This document shows, piece by piece, positions 1 to 8,439 of a stretch of DNA of 60,285 nt. Position 1 is the stretch's first letter; the number at the start of each line of letters is the position of its first letter. The position numbers were made by a program, and so were the translations under genes. Location: the IMG/VR virus record IMGVR_UViG_3300006865_000001, positions 1-60,285 of that record. One strand, given 5' to 3'. The DNA is from a virus (Duplodnaviria; Caudoviricetes). The notes beneath the pieces were generated by a model, which saw only the letters and a program-made list of their open reading frames with translations, did no database searches and was not told the DNA's origin.

Positions 1-123
1 CCTCCAGGTCGATCGGAGCTCCACCTCCAGGTCGATCGGAGCTCCACCTCCAGGTCGATCGGAGCTCCACCTCCAGGTCGATCGGAGCTCCACCTCCAGG
101 TCGATCGGAGCTCCACCTCCAGG
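1..123. repeat. 23-bp perfect tandem repeat array (CCTCCAGGTCGATCGGAGCTCCA), 5 full copies plus a partial
   Basis: Exact 23-nt period from base 1 with no spacers. The unit contains the palindromes CGATCG and GGAGCTCC. Confidence 0.98.
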
Positions 124-204
124 GTGCTAGTCTTAATGAGAATTTGCTAATGAGTAGGGTTGGTGGAGCCAGGTAGGTTTTCGGAATGGTAAAAAGGCCA
201 GATT

Positions 205-356
205 TTTAAAAGATGGCGGTGGCACTTTTACTTCTGGAGGGACGGTTTGGGGATGGCAAAAAGGCCGAATTTGTAGGATCAGCCGGTGACGGTTTTACGT
301 TTGGGAACGGGTCAAAGTGCATTTATTTAAAAGATGGCGGTAGCACTTTTACTTCT
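205..356. repeat. 31-bp direct repeat pair (205-235, 326-356) in a degenerate non-coding repeat block
   Basis: TTTAAAAGATGGCGGT[G/A]GCACTTTTACTTCT, 30/31 identical. ATGGYAAAAAGGCC also occurs twice (186, 253). Confidence 0.85.
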
Positions 357-572
357 AGCCGGACGGTGCGGTGATCACACCCATCCAGCCCGTATCAACT
401 CAGCCGCCACTTGCACCCTGTAGAATTGTCTCAGGCTCGGCGGCAGCCGGCGCAACACCCACTCCGTCGCGCACTCCATGCTGACGCCCTCTGTGACCAT
501 CAAAGCGATCCTGACTGCTGCTGTCATGCTGCCTCCTTGGTAAGGCGGCCATTGCTGACCGCCATCGTGTCA

Positions 573-977
573 CTATGCTGCGTGTCGCTGGCCGGTGTGG
601 CTACGCACCAGTTCGAGTTCGTGTTTGAGAGCGGCCACCTCGTCGGCTACCAGCGTCCCGTCGCTGCACTGCCAGCCGGTCACCTGCCTGGGCCACTCCT
701 GCGCTGGTGTAGCCGCTGTGCCGCGGGCGCCAGCAAACAGTTCGATGTACCCTTTCTTCTCAGCCACCTTGGTCTCGATGCTGGTGGTCACACCTTGCTG
801 GTGGGCCGCCAATACTCGCCTGACCGTAGCCGAGTCGCTTGGTGAGATCGGCTTGCTGTTCAGTATCTTGTTGGCTACTCCAGCGACTCTATGGCAGACT
901 GAGCACTCTCGCTCGGTGGCCGACATCAGCGTCACATTCTTCCGATTGCAGGTCTTGCATGTTCCCGTCGTTCTCAT
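573..977 (-). CDS. hypothetical protein with CxxC pairs
   Basis: ORF with GGGGA RBS and CKTC...CSVC. Confidence 0.6.
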   Translation of the reverse strand: MRTTGTCKTCNRKNVTLMSATERECSVCHRVAGVANKILNSKPISPSDSATVRRVLAAHQQGVTTSIETKVAEKKGYIELFAGARGTAATPAQEWPRQVTGWQCSDGTLVADEVAALKHELELVRSHTGQRHAA

Positions 978-1158
978 GATCCCCTCCCCCGTTACAATGC
1001 TGCAGGTACCGGCAGGTCTGCAGGTAAATGGCTTGTATCACCGTATCTGCTGTGTGGGTGTTACCCGGGCCGGTGGCAGAATGGATGAGGTTGATTAGGT
1101 CAGTGGCAGTCGGTATCGGTGTGTTGAGTGATACAACGTTCATCGTGTATGCCTCCAT
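889..1158 (-). CDS. hypothetical protein
   Basis: ORF downstream of a TTGACA element. GGAGG precedes the internal ATG. Confidence 0.45.
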   Translation of the reverse strand: MEAYTMNVVSLNTPIPTATDLINLIHSATGPGNTHTADTVIQAIYLQTCRYLQHCNGGGDHENDGNMQDLQSEECDADVGHRARVLSLP

Positions 1159-1202
1159 TAAAACATATCAATACAGAGTGTCAAGCTACGCGTGTAAAAT
1201 AA

Positions 1203-1586
1203 TTACGACGGTGTGTGGCCGGCGTGGCGGTGGTGCCTGATGGGCCGCTTACAGAATGGGCAGATATCAACCAGTGCAGCTGACTCGTCCACGTACTCCT
1301 GATTACAGGATGTCCGGTGGGTACATGACCCTTGATAATCCCATTCGCAGAACTCGTTGTTGTAGCGGTGAATGGTTGCCAACGCCTGCTCTAAATCAGG
1401 TGTGACCATGATGTAGCGATCCCGAATATGCGTCATCTCATAATTGATACTCGCCAGCAGAGCCGCCTCGCGCATCTCGGACGGGGTGAAATCACAGCGG
1501 TGGATTGCTGCGGTCATATAGTCAACCAGGTTGTGGAATTGCGGATCGGAGCGGTATCTGTCGCGTGCTGTGGGTCGGCTGGTCAC
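1203..1586 (-). CDS. hypothetical phage protein
   Basis: ORF coupled to the upstream gene, with C-terminal Cys motifs. Confidence 0.65.
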   Translation of the reverse strand: MTSRPTARDRYRSDPQFHNLVDYMTAAIHRCDFTPSEMREAALLASINYEMTHIRDRYIMVTPDLEQALATIHRYNNEFCEWDYQGSCTHRTSCNQEYVDESAALVDICPFCKRPIRHHRHAGHTPS

Positions 1587-1849
1587 GGCGCCACCTCCAC
1601 TCCAGTAGCTATACCCTCGATATACACGCCATTTATCAATACGTGGCTGACGCCTTTTTCTATCAGGATACCGGCGGCATTTTTATTCGGGTAGAACAAG
1701 CAGTTGTTTACCGATGTGTAAGGTGCTGATATTACCAGATTGCCGTGGTAAATTGTCGGTTTGCTAACCAAGTGAGCACTGGTCAGCACGAAACATACCC
1801 ACATAACAAATAGCGATACGCCCGATACTCTCTCGCTGGTCATGGTCAC
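1583..1849 (-). CDS. hypothetical membrane protein
   Basis: GGAGGTGTGACCATG junction and N-terminal hydrophobic segment. Confidence 0.55.
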   Translation of the reverse strand: MTMTSERVSGVSLFVMWVCFVLTSAHLVSKPTIYHGNLVISAPYTSVNNCLFYPNKNAAGILIEKGVSHVLINGVYIEGIATGVEVAP

Positions 1850-2028
1850 ACCTCCCGTCGGTAAGCAGCAACGGCGGCTCGTACCACCGTGCTGACGCTT
1901 TCGCCAATGGTTAGGGCGCGTTGCTCCAGCCAGGCTGTGGTCTCGTCATCAAATCGGACGGCTTTTTGTTTGGTCTTGCTGGTGGGTGACGCCGTGCCGG
2001 GTGGTCTGCCTGGGTGTCGTATCATCAT
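1846..2028 (-). CDS. ribbon-helix-helix (CopG-like) DNA-binding protein
   Basis: PGRPP motif, then KAVRFDDETTAWLEQRA...ESVSTVVRAAV (RHH pattern). AGGAGA RBS. Confidence 0.65.
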   Translation of the reverse strand: MMIRHPGRPPGTASPTSKTKQKAVRFDDETTAWLEQRALTIGESVSTVVRAAVAAYRREV

Positions 2029-2117
2029 TGTTAGGTCTCCTTGGTTGGGCTCGGATGGAATAGCGGCTTGCACGCGGGGCATCAGATAGCTGCATGGGCG
2101 CTTTGGTCGAACGGGGC

Positions 2118-2570
2118 TCATCCCTCCCTCACGCTGATGGTCTTCCCGCACTCGCATGAGCCGTCAGGCAGATACTCGCTATCGTAGATCGTATGGTACC
2201 CGCAACCTGCTGCCCATATTTTGCTGCTAGGAACTGACCTCACCCAAACGCACACCTCTACCTTGGCAGGCTCGGATGGAATAGCGGCGAGCAATTCTAG
2301 CCATTCGTAAACATCTGATGCTTCTTTCCAGCTAGAGCACTCGATGTAAACCCGCTCCCCACTCTGAGCAATAGTTACTGCCCGCTCTTTAATCGCCAGA
2401 TGCCCCGCCGCCTCCCTTAGCGCATCCTCGCGTGCTGTGGCGAGCTGGGCGCGGAGGGTGGTAAGTTCGGCATTGAGCAGGCCATATTCTTTCTTGTTGA
2501 CCTTAATTGTAATGAAGTCGGCCATGACGCCAGATACATCGCATTCCGCACAGTACCGACCTAATGGCAC
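2118..2570 (-). CDS. hypothetical phage protein
   Basis: ORF within the leftward operon. Confidence 0.55.
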   Translation of the reverse strand: MPLGRYCAECDVSGVMADFITIKVNKKEYGLLNAELTTLRAQLATAREDALREAAGHLAIKERAVTIAQSGERVYIECSSWKEASDVYEWLELLAAIPSEPAKVEVCVWVRSVPSSKIWAAGCGYHTIYDSEYLPDGSCECGKTISVREG

Positions 2571-2589
2571 CCCATGACTACACTACCCG

Positions 2590-3087
2590 TCAAATGGTGC
2601 GCTCATATTTATCCTCCATGTGTTCCGCAGCAGGAGCCGGGGCGAGGGCGTGAATTTCCAGCGCCATTCGGTTCCTCAGCTGCACATCGTCAGTGAATAT
2701 CGACCATCTACACACCTTTACAGCATCCTCTACGCCTCTCTGGTACTCTGCCGCGAGCTGGGATTCGGCCCTTGCTAAGTCGGCACGCAACCCCTGATAT
2801 TGAGGGAGCCACAGAGCCTCCTCAGTCTCCAGTTTTATAGCTCTGTTGCAAAGTCGCTTGTTCTCCCCTTGCAGCCGATCTACCTCGGCGCGGAAACGCT
2901 CAATCGGAATGAACATTTCAGTCATGTAGTACCTTGCCCCCTTAGCTCGGCAACCCTCCACCTCAGCAATGAGGCCGCGCACGTCGTCGGGTATGAAGTA
3001 GGCCATATCCACCCCGTTGCAGTGCGTCAGTGATTCAGGTGAACAGTCAATATAGTCCAGACAATATTTCACTCTCGCTAAATCCAT
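2590..3087 (-). CDS. hypothetical coiled-coil phage protein
   Basis: GGAGGGGAG RBS before ATG 3087. Confidence 0.6.
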   Translation of the reverse strand: MDLARVKYCLDYIDCSPESLTHCNGVDMAYFIPDDVRGLIAEVEGCRAKGARYYMTEMFIPIERFRAEVDRLQGENKRLCNRAIKLETEEALWLPQYQGLRADLARAESQLAAEYQRGVEDAVKVCRWSIFTDDVQLRNRMALEIHALAPAPAAEHMEDKYERTI

Positions 3088-3115
3088 CTCCCCTCCTTCC
3101 GCTCTCGCGGGGTGA

Positions 3116-3319
3116 TTACTGTTGCTCACTTGGCAATTGGACACATACAGCATCACCGCCTGGGGTTCCGAAAGTCGCGCCGGTACACCACTTCCACCCC
3201 CGATCCGTCTTTGTCCAGTGCCCACCACCAACAGCTAAAGCTTTCGTCCCTATCGGGTAATCTTCCCATGGCCGGTTGATTGACTGCGATGGCTCCATTA
3301 TCCTCTCCCCCTGTGCCAT
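3116..3319 (-). CDS. hypothetical protein
   Basis: First ORF after the promoter at 3339-3367. Confidence 0.55.
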   Translation of the reverse strand: MAQGERIMEPSQSINRPWEDYPIGTKALAVGGGHWTKTDRGWKWCTGATFGTPGGDAVCVQLPSEQQ

Positions 3320-3338
3320 GTAGCACCAGATATCAGTT

Positions 3339-3367
3339 TTTATATATTATTCGTAAATAAATGTCAA
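3339..3367 (-). promoter_or_regulatory. sigma70-type promoter
   Basis: TTGACA-17 nt-TATAAA on the minus strand in an AT-rich gap. Confidence 0.75.
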
Positions 3368-3372
3368 GCAAT

Positions 3373-5736
3373 TTAATTGCCCTGTGCGGCAGCTGGTGTA
3401 GCCCACCCTGCCACCACTCCACCACCTGTCTGATCGTCGCAGTACCGCTTGATCACCGCGCCCGTGTCCCTGAGTTGTGACAGCAGTGAGCCTCGCAGCA
3501 CGTACAGGACCGGCTTGCCGTTGTCGAACGGGATCACACTGTGGCAGCGGCCCCCGGGCATGGATGGATGGGTAATGTACCCCATCTTACGCAGCATGTC
3601 GGCACGCTTGTTGCGCGGCAGCTTACCAGCTACCCGCTTGTCGTCCAGCAGCCGACCGAGAGCGAGTGAGCTGATCCAGCCGCCAGCGAATCCAGGGCGC
3701 CCCTCAGCAATAGCTTCCATCACCTCCTGCTCGATGCCACCGAGCGAGTTAGCCAGCGCCTCGGCTGTGCTACTGGTCTCGGGTGCCCTGTGGCTACGTG
3801 TTGCCGGGTTGAGTTCATCCGGTATCTGGTATGCACGGAGCCATCCATTGACTATCTCGAAACCCTCGTCACGCAACCAGTTGTACAGGTCGGGGAAGTA
3901 GTTGCCCGCCATACCGTCACGCTCCAGATCACCCGGCTCCTGTTGGGCGGTGAAGAATACGGCATAGCGGCGGTCGGTGCCGGTCTTCCTGATGGCATCC
4001 TTATGGTTGCTGCACAGGACAAAATTGGCCCGGTTGTCGGCGGTCCTCTGGTCTTGCCCCTTGGCCTGTATCTCCATCCGGTCGTTGGTGATCATCGGCT
4101 TCAGCGTCTCGATCAGGTCGGCGCGGTCGGCGGTGTAGACTTCCTCGATGCCGATGAACAGCTTGCCCTGTAGCCAGGAGTTGAATTTATTACTGAGGTC
4201 TTGTGCGTTGGGCAGGTGGGTGTAGCGGTTGCCGACAGCCCATGCGAGGCAGCGGGTGATGAGCGATTTACCGTTGCCCTCCATACCCACCAGCAACGGT
4301 GCCCATTGGAATTTGACCCCCGGATGCTGCACGATGGCAGCCAGATACGCCAGCAGGATGGCTTGGTCACCGGGGTCAGGCAGCATACGGGTCACATGAT
4401 CGATGAACCTGGTGGCATCGCCCTGACGAGATGGTGTGGTGATCGGCACGTAGGTATTGACCAGTTGCCGACCTTCCTCGTTGACGGTCACACCAGGCGG
4501 GCATTCGGGTCGGAAGCAGATGTCGTGGACCTTGGGGAAGCTGACTGCTTGGTTCTGCGTGAAGCCCTCCCATGCTGATTTGGTCGGCTTGGTATTGTCG
4601 GTGGTGATCATGAATTGGTGGCCCCCATAGAATGCGTTGAACCGGCTCTGATCCATCAGGCTGCCGTCAGGACACAGGATGGCGTTGGGTAACAGGACGT
4701 AGGTCATGCCCTTGAAGAAATCTACCAGACCGTTGCTGGTGAGCAGCTGAGTGCCAGTGCGGAGTTGCGGGCCGGCGTCGGTGGTGGCTGCTGGCTCAGG
4801 GGCCGGTTGGCTGTAGACGTTCTGGCACAGCCGGACCGCTTTGCCGATTGTCACCTGAGCGTAAGTCAGACCGCCACCAGCCCCCCTGTCCCATTTGTCC
4901 CTCATGCGGGCCGACTGCCGGAACAGCCTATCGATGCGCTCACAGTTCCTGCCTGTCCAGAATGCCAGATGGCTGCATAGCGCGGCGTCGGCGGCACTGG
5001 AGTCGTCGCCATAGCACTCGTCGGCAGCAGCAGCATCGGACCAGAGCGTCTGGAGTGTGGCTTTGCCGAGGAATGCACCTTGAGTCGACAGGTGGGCACG
5101 GTTCATCCTGGACACCAATTCATTATCATCATCGGGACCAGTATAGGTGGGGTCAGGCTCAGTGGTCCAGGTGGCCGGCGCGTCGGTGGGCAGGAACGTC
5201 GGGGTGAAGTAGCGGGCGACCGTGGCGTCAAGGGCGGCCTGGGCGTTGTATGCACTGGAGCCGGTGGCGCCTGTGCCAGTGACGGCACAGAATCGCTTGC
5301 CTGTGTAAAGATCGGCGTCTTGGTCAGGTCCACGTAGTTGGATACGGTGGGTCGGGCGGCTGGTGTAACTGCCGATGATGTGGATACCCTGACCGGACAG
5401 GCTGACCTCGGTGTAGCAGCCAGCGAACGTGGCGCATAACTCATGGGTCAGAGCATTCCACTCGCCGTTGGGTAATTTTGCGTTGTCGATGTCGATGAAG
5501 AACAGCGGGTCGTTGTCGGTAAAGACGAAGCCGATCCCCCGCCCGACTACCCCCGGTTCATTGCCGATGCTGCCGGCGAGGGCTACCTGGGCATCGGTGT
5601 ACGACATGTGGATAGTCGTGTCATGAGCGTCATACCGACGACCGGTGACCGGATGCAAGGGGAACTTGTCTGTCTTGTTTACGCGCGTTGGTGATGGAAA
5701 TGCGTTCCACAAAATCCACTGGTTATACCTGTGCAT
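3373..5736 (-). CDS. NrS-1-like primase-polymerase fused to an SF3 (D5/DUF5906-type) helicase
   Basis: FIDID, EVSLSGQGIH, LYTGKRF, SAADAALCSHLAFWTG...LFRQS..MRDKW helical bundle; Walker A GMEGNGKS; IGIEE; LCSNH. Confidence 0.9.
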   Translation of the reverse strand: MHRYNQWILWNAFPSPTRVNKTDKFPLHPVTGRRYDAHDTTIHMSYTDAQVALAGSIGNEPGVVGRGIGFVFTDNDPLFFIDIDNAKLPNGEWNALTHELCATFAGCYTEVSLSGQGIHIIGSYTSRPTHRIQLRGPDQDADLYTGKRFCAVTGTGATGSSAYNAQAALDATVARYFTPTFLPTDAPATWTTEPDPTYTGPDDDNELVSRMNRAHLSTQGAFLGKATLQTLWSDAAAADECYGDDSSAADAALCSHLAFWTGRNCERIDRLFRQSARMRDKWDRGAGGGLTYAQVTIGKAVRLCQNVYSQPAPEPAATTDAGPQLRTGTQLLTSNGLVDFFKGMTYVLLPNAILCPDGSLMDQSRFNAFYGGHQFMITTDNTKPTKSAWEGFTQNQAVSFPKVHDICFRPECPPGVTVNEEGRQLVNTYVPITTPSRQGDATRFIDHVTRMLPDPGDQAILLAYLAAIVQHPGVKFQWAPLLVGMEGNGKSLITRCLAWAVGNRYTHLPNAQDLSNKFNSWLQGKLFIGIEEVYTADRADLIETLKPMITNDRMEIQAKGQDQRTADNRANFVLCSNHKDAIRKTGTDRRYAVFFTAQQEPGDLERDGMAGNYFPDLYNWLRDEGFEIVNGWLRAYQIPDELNPATRSHRAPETSSTAEALANSLGGIEQEVMEAIAEGRPGFAGGWISSLALGRLLDDKRVAGKLPRNKRADMLRKMGYITHPSMPGGRCHSVIPFDNGKPVLYVLRGSLLSQLRDTGAVIKRYCDDQTGGGVVAGWATPAAAQGN

Positions 5737-5740
5737 ACGG

Positions 5741-6085
5741 TCACACTCCCTCGGTAGCCTCGGTGGGTATCATAGCATCAGCGGCAGCCTGTCTGAGTGC
5801 CAGCGGGGCAGCCAACGCCTGGGGGTCACGGAGCGCGATGCCACCGGCAACGATCACAGCGTCACCTATGCGCACAGCCTCTGCCATGACGGCCTCGCGC
5901 ATCAGTCTCACGCTAAGAAAGCGGAATGTGACCAGACCGGGCGACACGTCGGCCACCTCGGCCACTCGGTTACGGGTCACGGCAAGCAGCCCCTCGGTAC
6001 GGGCAATGTGCAGGGCGACCGTGAGCAGGTCGGCTTTGCGGGTGTCGGGCGCCAGGCGGCGGGGGGGTTGCGGTGTGGTGGTCAT
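5741..6085 (-). CDS. TetR-like HTH DNA-binding protein
   Basis: RKADLLTVALHIARTEGLLAVTRNRVAEVADVSPGLVTFRF matches the TetR N-terminal HTH pattern. Confidence 0.75.
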   Translation of the reverse strand: MTTTPQPPRRLAPDTRKADLLTVALHIARTEGLLAVTRNRVAEVADVSPGLVTFRFLSVRLMREAVMAEAVRIGDAVIVAGGIALRDPQALAAPLALRQAAADAMIPTEATEGV

Positions 6086-6230
6086 CGTATTATCTCCCTT
6101 GCTATTGAGCGGCGTGGTCATCCGATCACCGCCCTTGCTATTAGACATTTGGAGCAACTGCACAGTGGCGTGTTGCTCATTGGTAGGTATTTGTTATGGG
6201 CGCGTACTTGCATGAGTGCCTGAGTGGTTG

Positions 6231-6884
6231 TCATCGTGGTATCCCCCATTGGGTGACCATTGCTTGCGCCCACCCGTCGTATGTTCGGCTGCGTTCCCTC
6301 CACCTGTCCGGTGAAGGCGTCAATTTGTTCTGACCGCTATCGGTCTGGTTGGCCCATCGCTCGACCTGCTTGCCGTTGAATGTGACTATCCGACCGGGTA
6401 TCCGGCATGTTGGTACCAGCGGCGGTAGGTTCTCCAGCCACAGACCAGTGATCTTGCTGGCGTCGTCACCGTACTCATACGGCTGGATGTACTGTGTCGC
6501 CGGTATGATCCGGGTGCTGATGACCCCTCGCGGATTCTCGATCGCCTTGCGTTTGATCGGGGCTTTCATTATTACCCTGACAAAATCGAGTGCTTCGTCT
6601 CTTGCCTGCCGGCGTGCAGCGCCCACCAATGTCCCGGGTTTGATATTCTGGTGATACGGGCCGTCAGTGTATGCCCACTCAGCCGAACAGGTCAGGTATG
6701 TGCAATCCGGGTGGAAGATGCCCAAATCCCACCACAGGTCCAACACGTCCCGAACGTCACATTGGAAGTGATACGGGCTGCCGTCCTCAGCGGGCAGGAG
6801 GTCACAACTATAGGCATCGTGACCGGCAGCGCGAAACGCTCGGCGGGTGACTCCTGATGATTCACAACCGATCAGGACTCTCAC
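6231..6884 (-). CDS. DNA cytosine methyltransferase-like protein
   Basis: VLIGCESSG...GHDAYSCDL SAM-binding start, FHPDCTYL catalytic-Cys motif and IENP, typical of short phage C5-MTase-like proteins. Confidence 0.75.
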   Translation of the reverse strand: MRVLIGCESSGVTRRAFRAAGHDAYSCDLLPAEDGSPYHFQCDVRDVLDLWWDLGIFHPDCTYLTCSAEWAYTDGPYHQNIKPGTLVGAARRQARDEALDFVRVIMKAPIKRKAIENPRGVISTRIIPATQYIQPYEYGDDASKITGLWLENLPPLVPTCRIPGRIVTFNGKQVERWANQTDSGQNKLTPSPDRWRERSRTYDGWAQAMVTQWGIPR

Positions 6885-7390
6885 ACATCCTCCCCGCCAG
6901 TTATGAACCTGGCAATGCCGCCTTTGGCTATTACAAATTGAATGAATGCTAATTGTGCCCGCTCATGGCACGGTTTGCATATCGGTCCACGCGGTCTACA
7001 TGAGCAGGGTTTGTCGCCAGAGTAGGTCCACCCGGTCGGCTTGGTTTCCTCCGCTGTGAACACACCGTACATACGACCACACGGGCACATGGTCGGTCGA
7101 GGAAAGATCAAGTCACTGGATTTGAATACCCGATTGGTCTTGGCGGAATCATTGGCTAGGCCAAATCTAATTGGTACTCCACGCTCATCGGGCAGGACAC
7201 CGCTGTTGTTCCTCCAGGCGACGATCCCGTGCTTAGCGAGTTGGATGCGACGGGCCGCTTGCACACTAGCCTCGCTGCCAGCCGCCCCGGTGCCCACGGT
7301 CACCCCTGGTACCACGCCCATCATGGCACGTAGCTCCGCGACCGCTGCCGGCGAGATACCCCATCTGTTGGCCCATGTGGTCAGCATCAC
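6881..7390 (-). CDS. VRR-NUC domain nuclease
   Basis: EASVQ, WRNNSG, SSDLI, EETK, QLAFI...GGIARF. Confidence 0.85.
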   Translation of the reverse strand: MMLTTWANRWGISPAAVAELRAMMGVVPGVTVGTGAAGSEASVQAARRIQLAKHGIVAWRNNSGVLPDERGVPIRFGLANDSAKTNRVFKSSDLIFPRPTMCPCGRMYGVFTAEETKPTGWTYSGDKPCSCRPRGPICKPCHERAQLAFIQFVIAKGGIARFITGGEDV

Positions 7391-7533
7391 GTTGCGCTCG
7401 GGTACTGGTCGATGATCATGGTCTCGGCAAGCAGTCGCTCGGCTTCACAGCGTCCACACAGTAGGCACCGTGTCTCAGCCTCAACAGGATCGCAGATACG
7501 GGTTCCATCATGTTTGCAAATGAAGCAACTCAT
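7387..7533 (-). CDS. small Cys-rich protein (48 aa, not in ORF track)
   Basis: MSCFICKH...CLLCGRC, with 4-nt overlaps to both neighbours. Confidence 0.6.
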   Translation of the reverse strand: MSCFICKHDGTRICDPVEAETRCLLCGRCEAERLLAETMIIDQYPSAT

Positions 7534-7763
7534 CGTGTCACCTCCTTGACCGCCGCTGATAGATTCGGGTACTCGGTGTAACCACCATTTAAGTCATAGA
7601 CGAACACTCTGCTGGGCGGGCGCACCTCCTTACGCTGTGTGACTACCCGCCCATCGTCGAGAGCGCAACTGTACGCCGTCAGACAGAGGACCACAAGAAA
7701 AATGAACCGTGTGACGGTTGCGCGGTGGTCGGCTGCGCGGTGGTCAGTGAGTAGCTGTTGCAT
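7530..7763 (-). CDS. hypothetical membrane protein
   Basis: GGAGG RBS and one hydrophobic segment. Confidence 0.55.
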   Translation of the reverse strand: MQQLLTDHRAADHRATVTRFIFLVVLCLTAYSCALDDGRVVTQRKEVRPPSRVFVYDLNGGYTEYPNLSAAVKEVTR

Positions 7764-8439
7764 GTTGCCTCCCTGGGGTGAAGTGATTGGTCTTTTTCAG
7801 GTTGTCGATTGCCGGTAACACCTGCAGGTTCCAAGGGACATGCAACCCGCTGACATGTTTCCCGCGTAAAGGCACGATGTGATCAACGTGGTGCTGTATG
7901 CCGGTGTTTTTGGTCAATAGATCGGACATCACGTACATAAATTCCATGTCTTTTATCTGCTCTTCGGTCAGTTTCAGTGTTCTTTGTCTCTTGGCTGCGC
8001 GTCTACCGGCTGCGTGAGCGGTGACCATATGAGGATTTCGTTCACGCCACAATTTAGTTTTAGCTAAATGTTTATCTCTATTTTTAGCGTATGACAATCT
8101 TTCCTTCTCTAGAAACTTTTCAATATCTGTCTCTCTGCGTGTCTTGTCGTACAATGCTATGCGCTCTTTATTTTTAGCACACCACTTATGGGTGGCTTGT
8201 CTTGCTTTTTCGGGGTTTGCATCTCTCCACTTTTTGACGTAATCATTCATCTTCTCTTTGTTGTTTTTGACCCACTCAGCGTGTTGCTGGCGCGATTTTT
8301 CCTTATTCTTCTGGTAATGTGCCGCACTTCGTACACCAGTACAGGGCTTACAATAGCAAACGTGTCCATCTTTTGTACGTTTAGTTTTGGCGAAATCGGT
8401 CAGCGGTTTCACTACACCACAATCAAAGCACTTTTTCAT
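7744..8439 (-). CDS. HNH endonuclease (probable homing type)
   Basis: N-terminal CFDC...CKPC, C-terminal HVDHIVPL...GLHVPWNLQVL...NLKK; AT-richer than neighbours. Confidence 0.9.
   Translation of the reverse strand: MKKCFDCGVVKPLTDFAKTKRTKDGHVCYCKPCTGVRSAAHYQKNKEKSRQQHAEWVKNNKEKMNDYVKKWRDANPEKARQATHKWCAKNKERIALYDKTRRETDIEKFLEKERLSYAKNRDKHLAKTKLWRERNPHMVTAHAAGRRAAKRQRTLKLTEEQIKDMEFMYVMSDLLTKNTGIQHHVDHIVPLRGKHVSGLHVPWNLQVLPAIDNLKKTNHFTPGRQHATATH

Noticed and set aside
1-123. CRISPR array (23-bp repeats, with a Cas4-like gene in the genome)
   Set aside because: Repeats are head-to-tail with no spacers. The DUF2800 nuclease sits in a replication module and there are no other cas genes.
411-1240. 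Plus-strand ORFs at the left end
   Set aside because: They overlap better-supported minus-strand genes that have RBSs and belong to the leftward operon.
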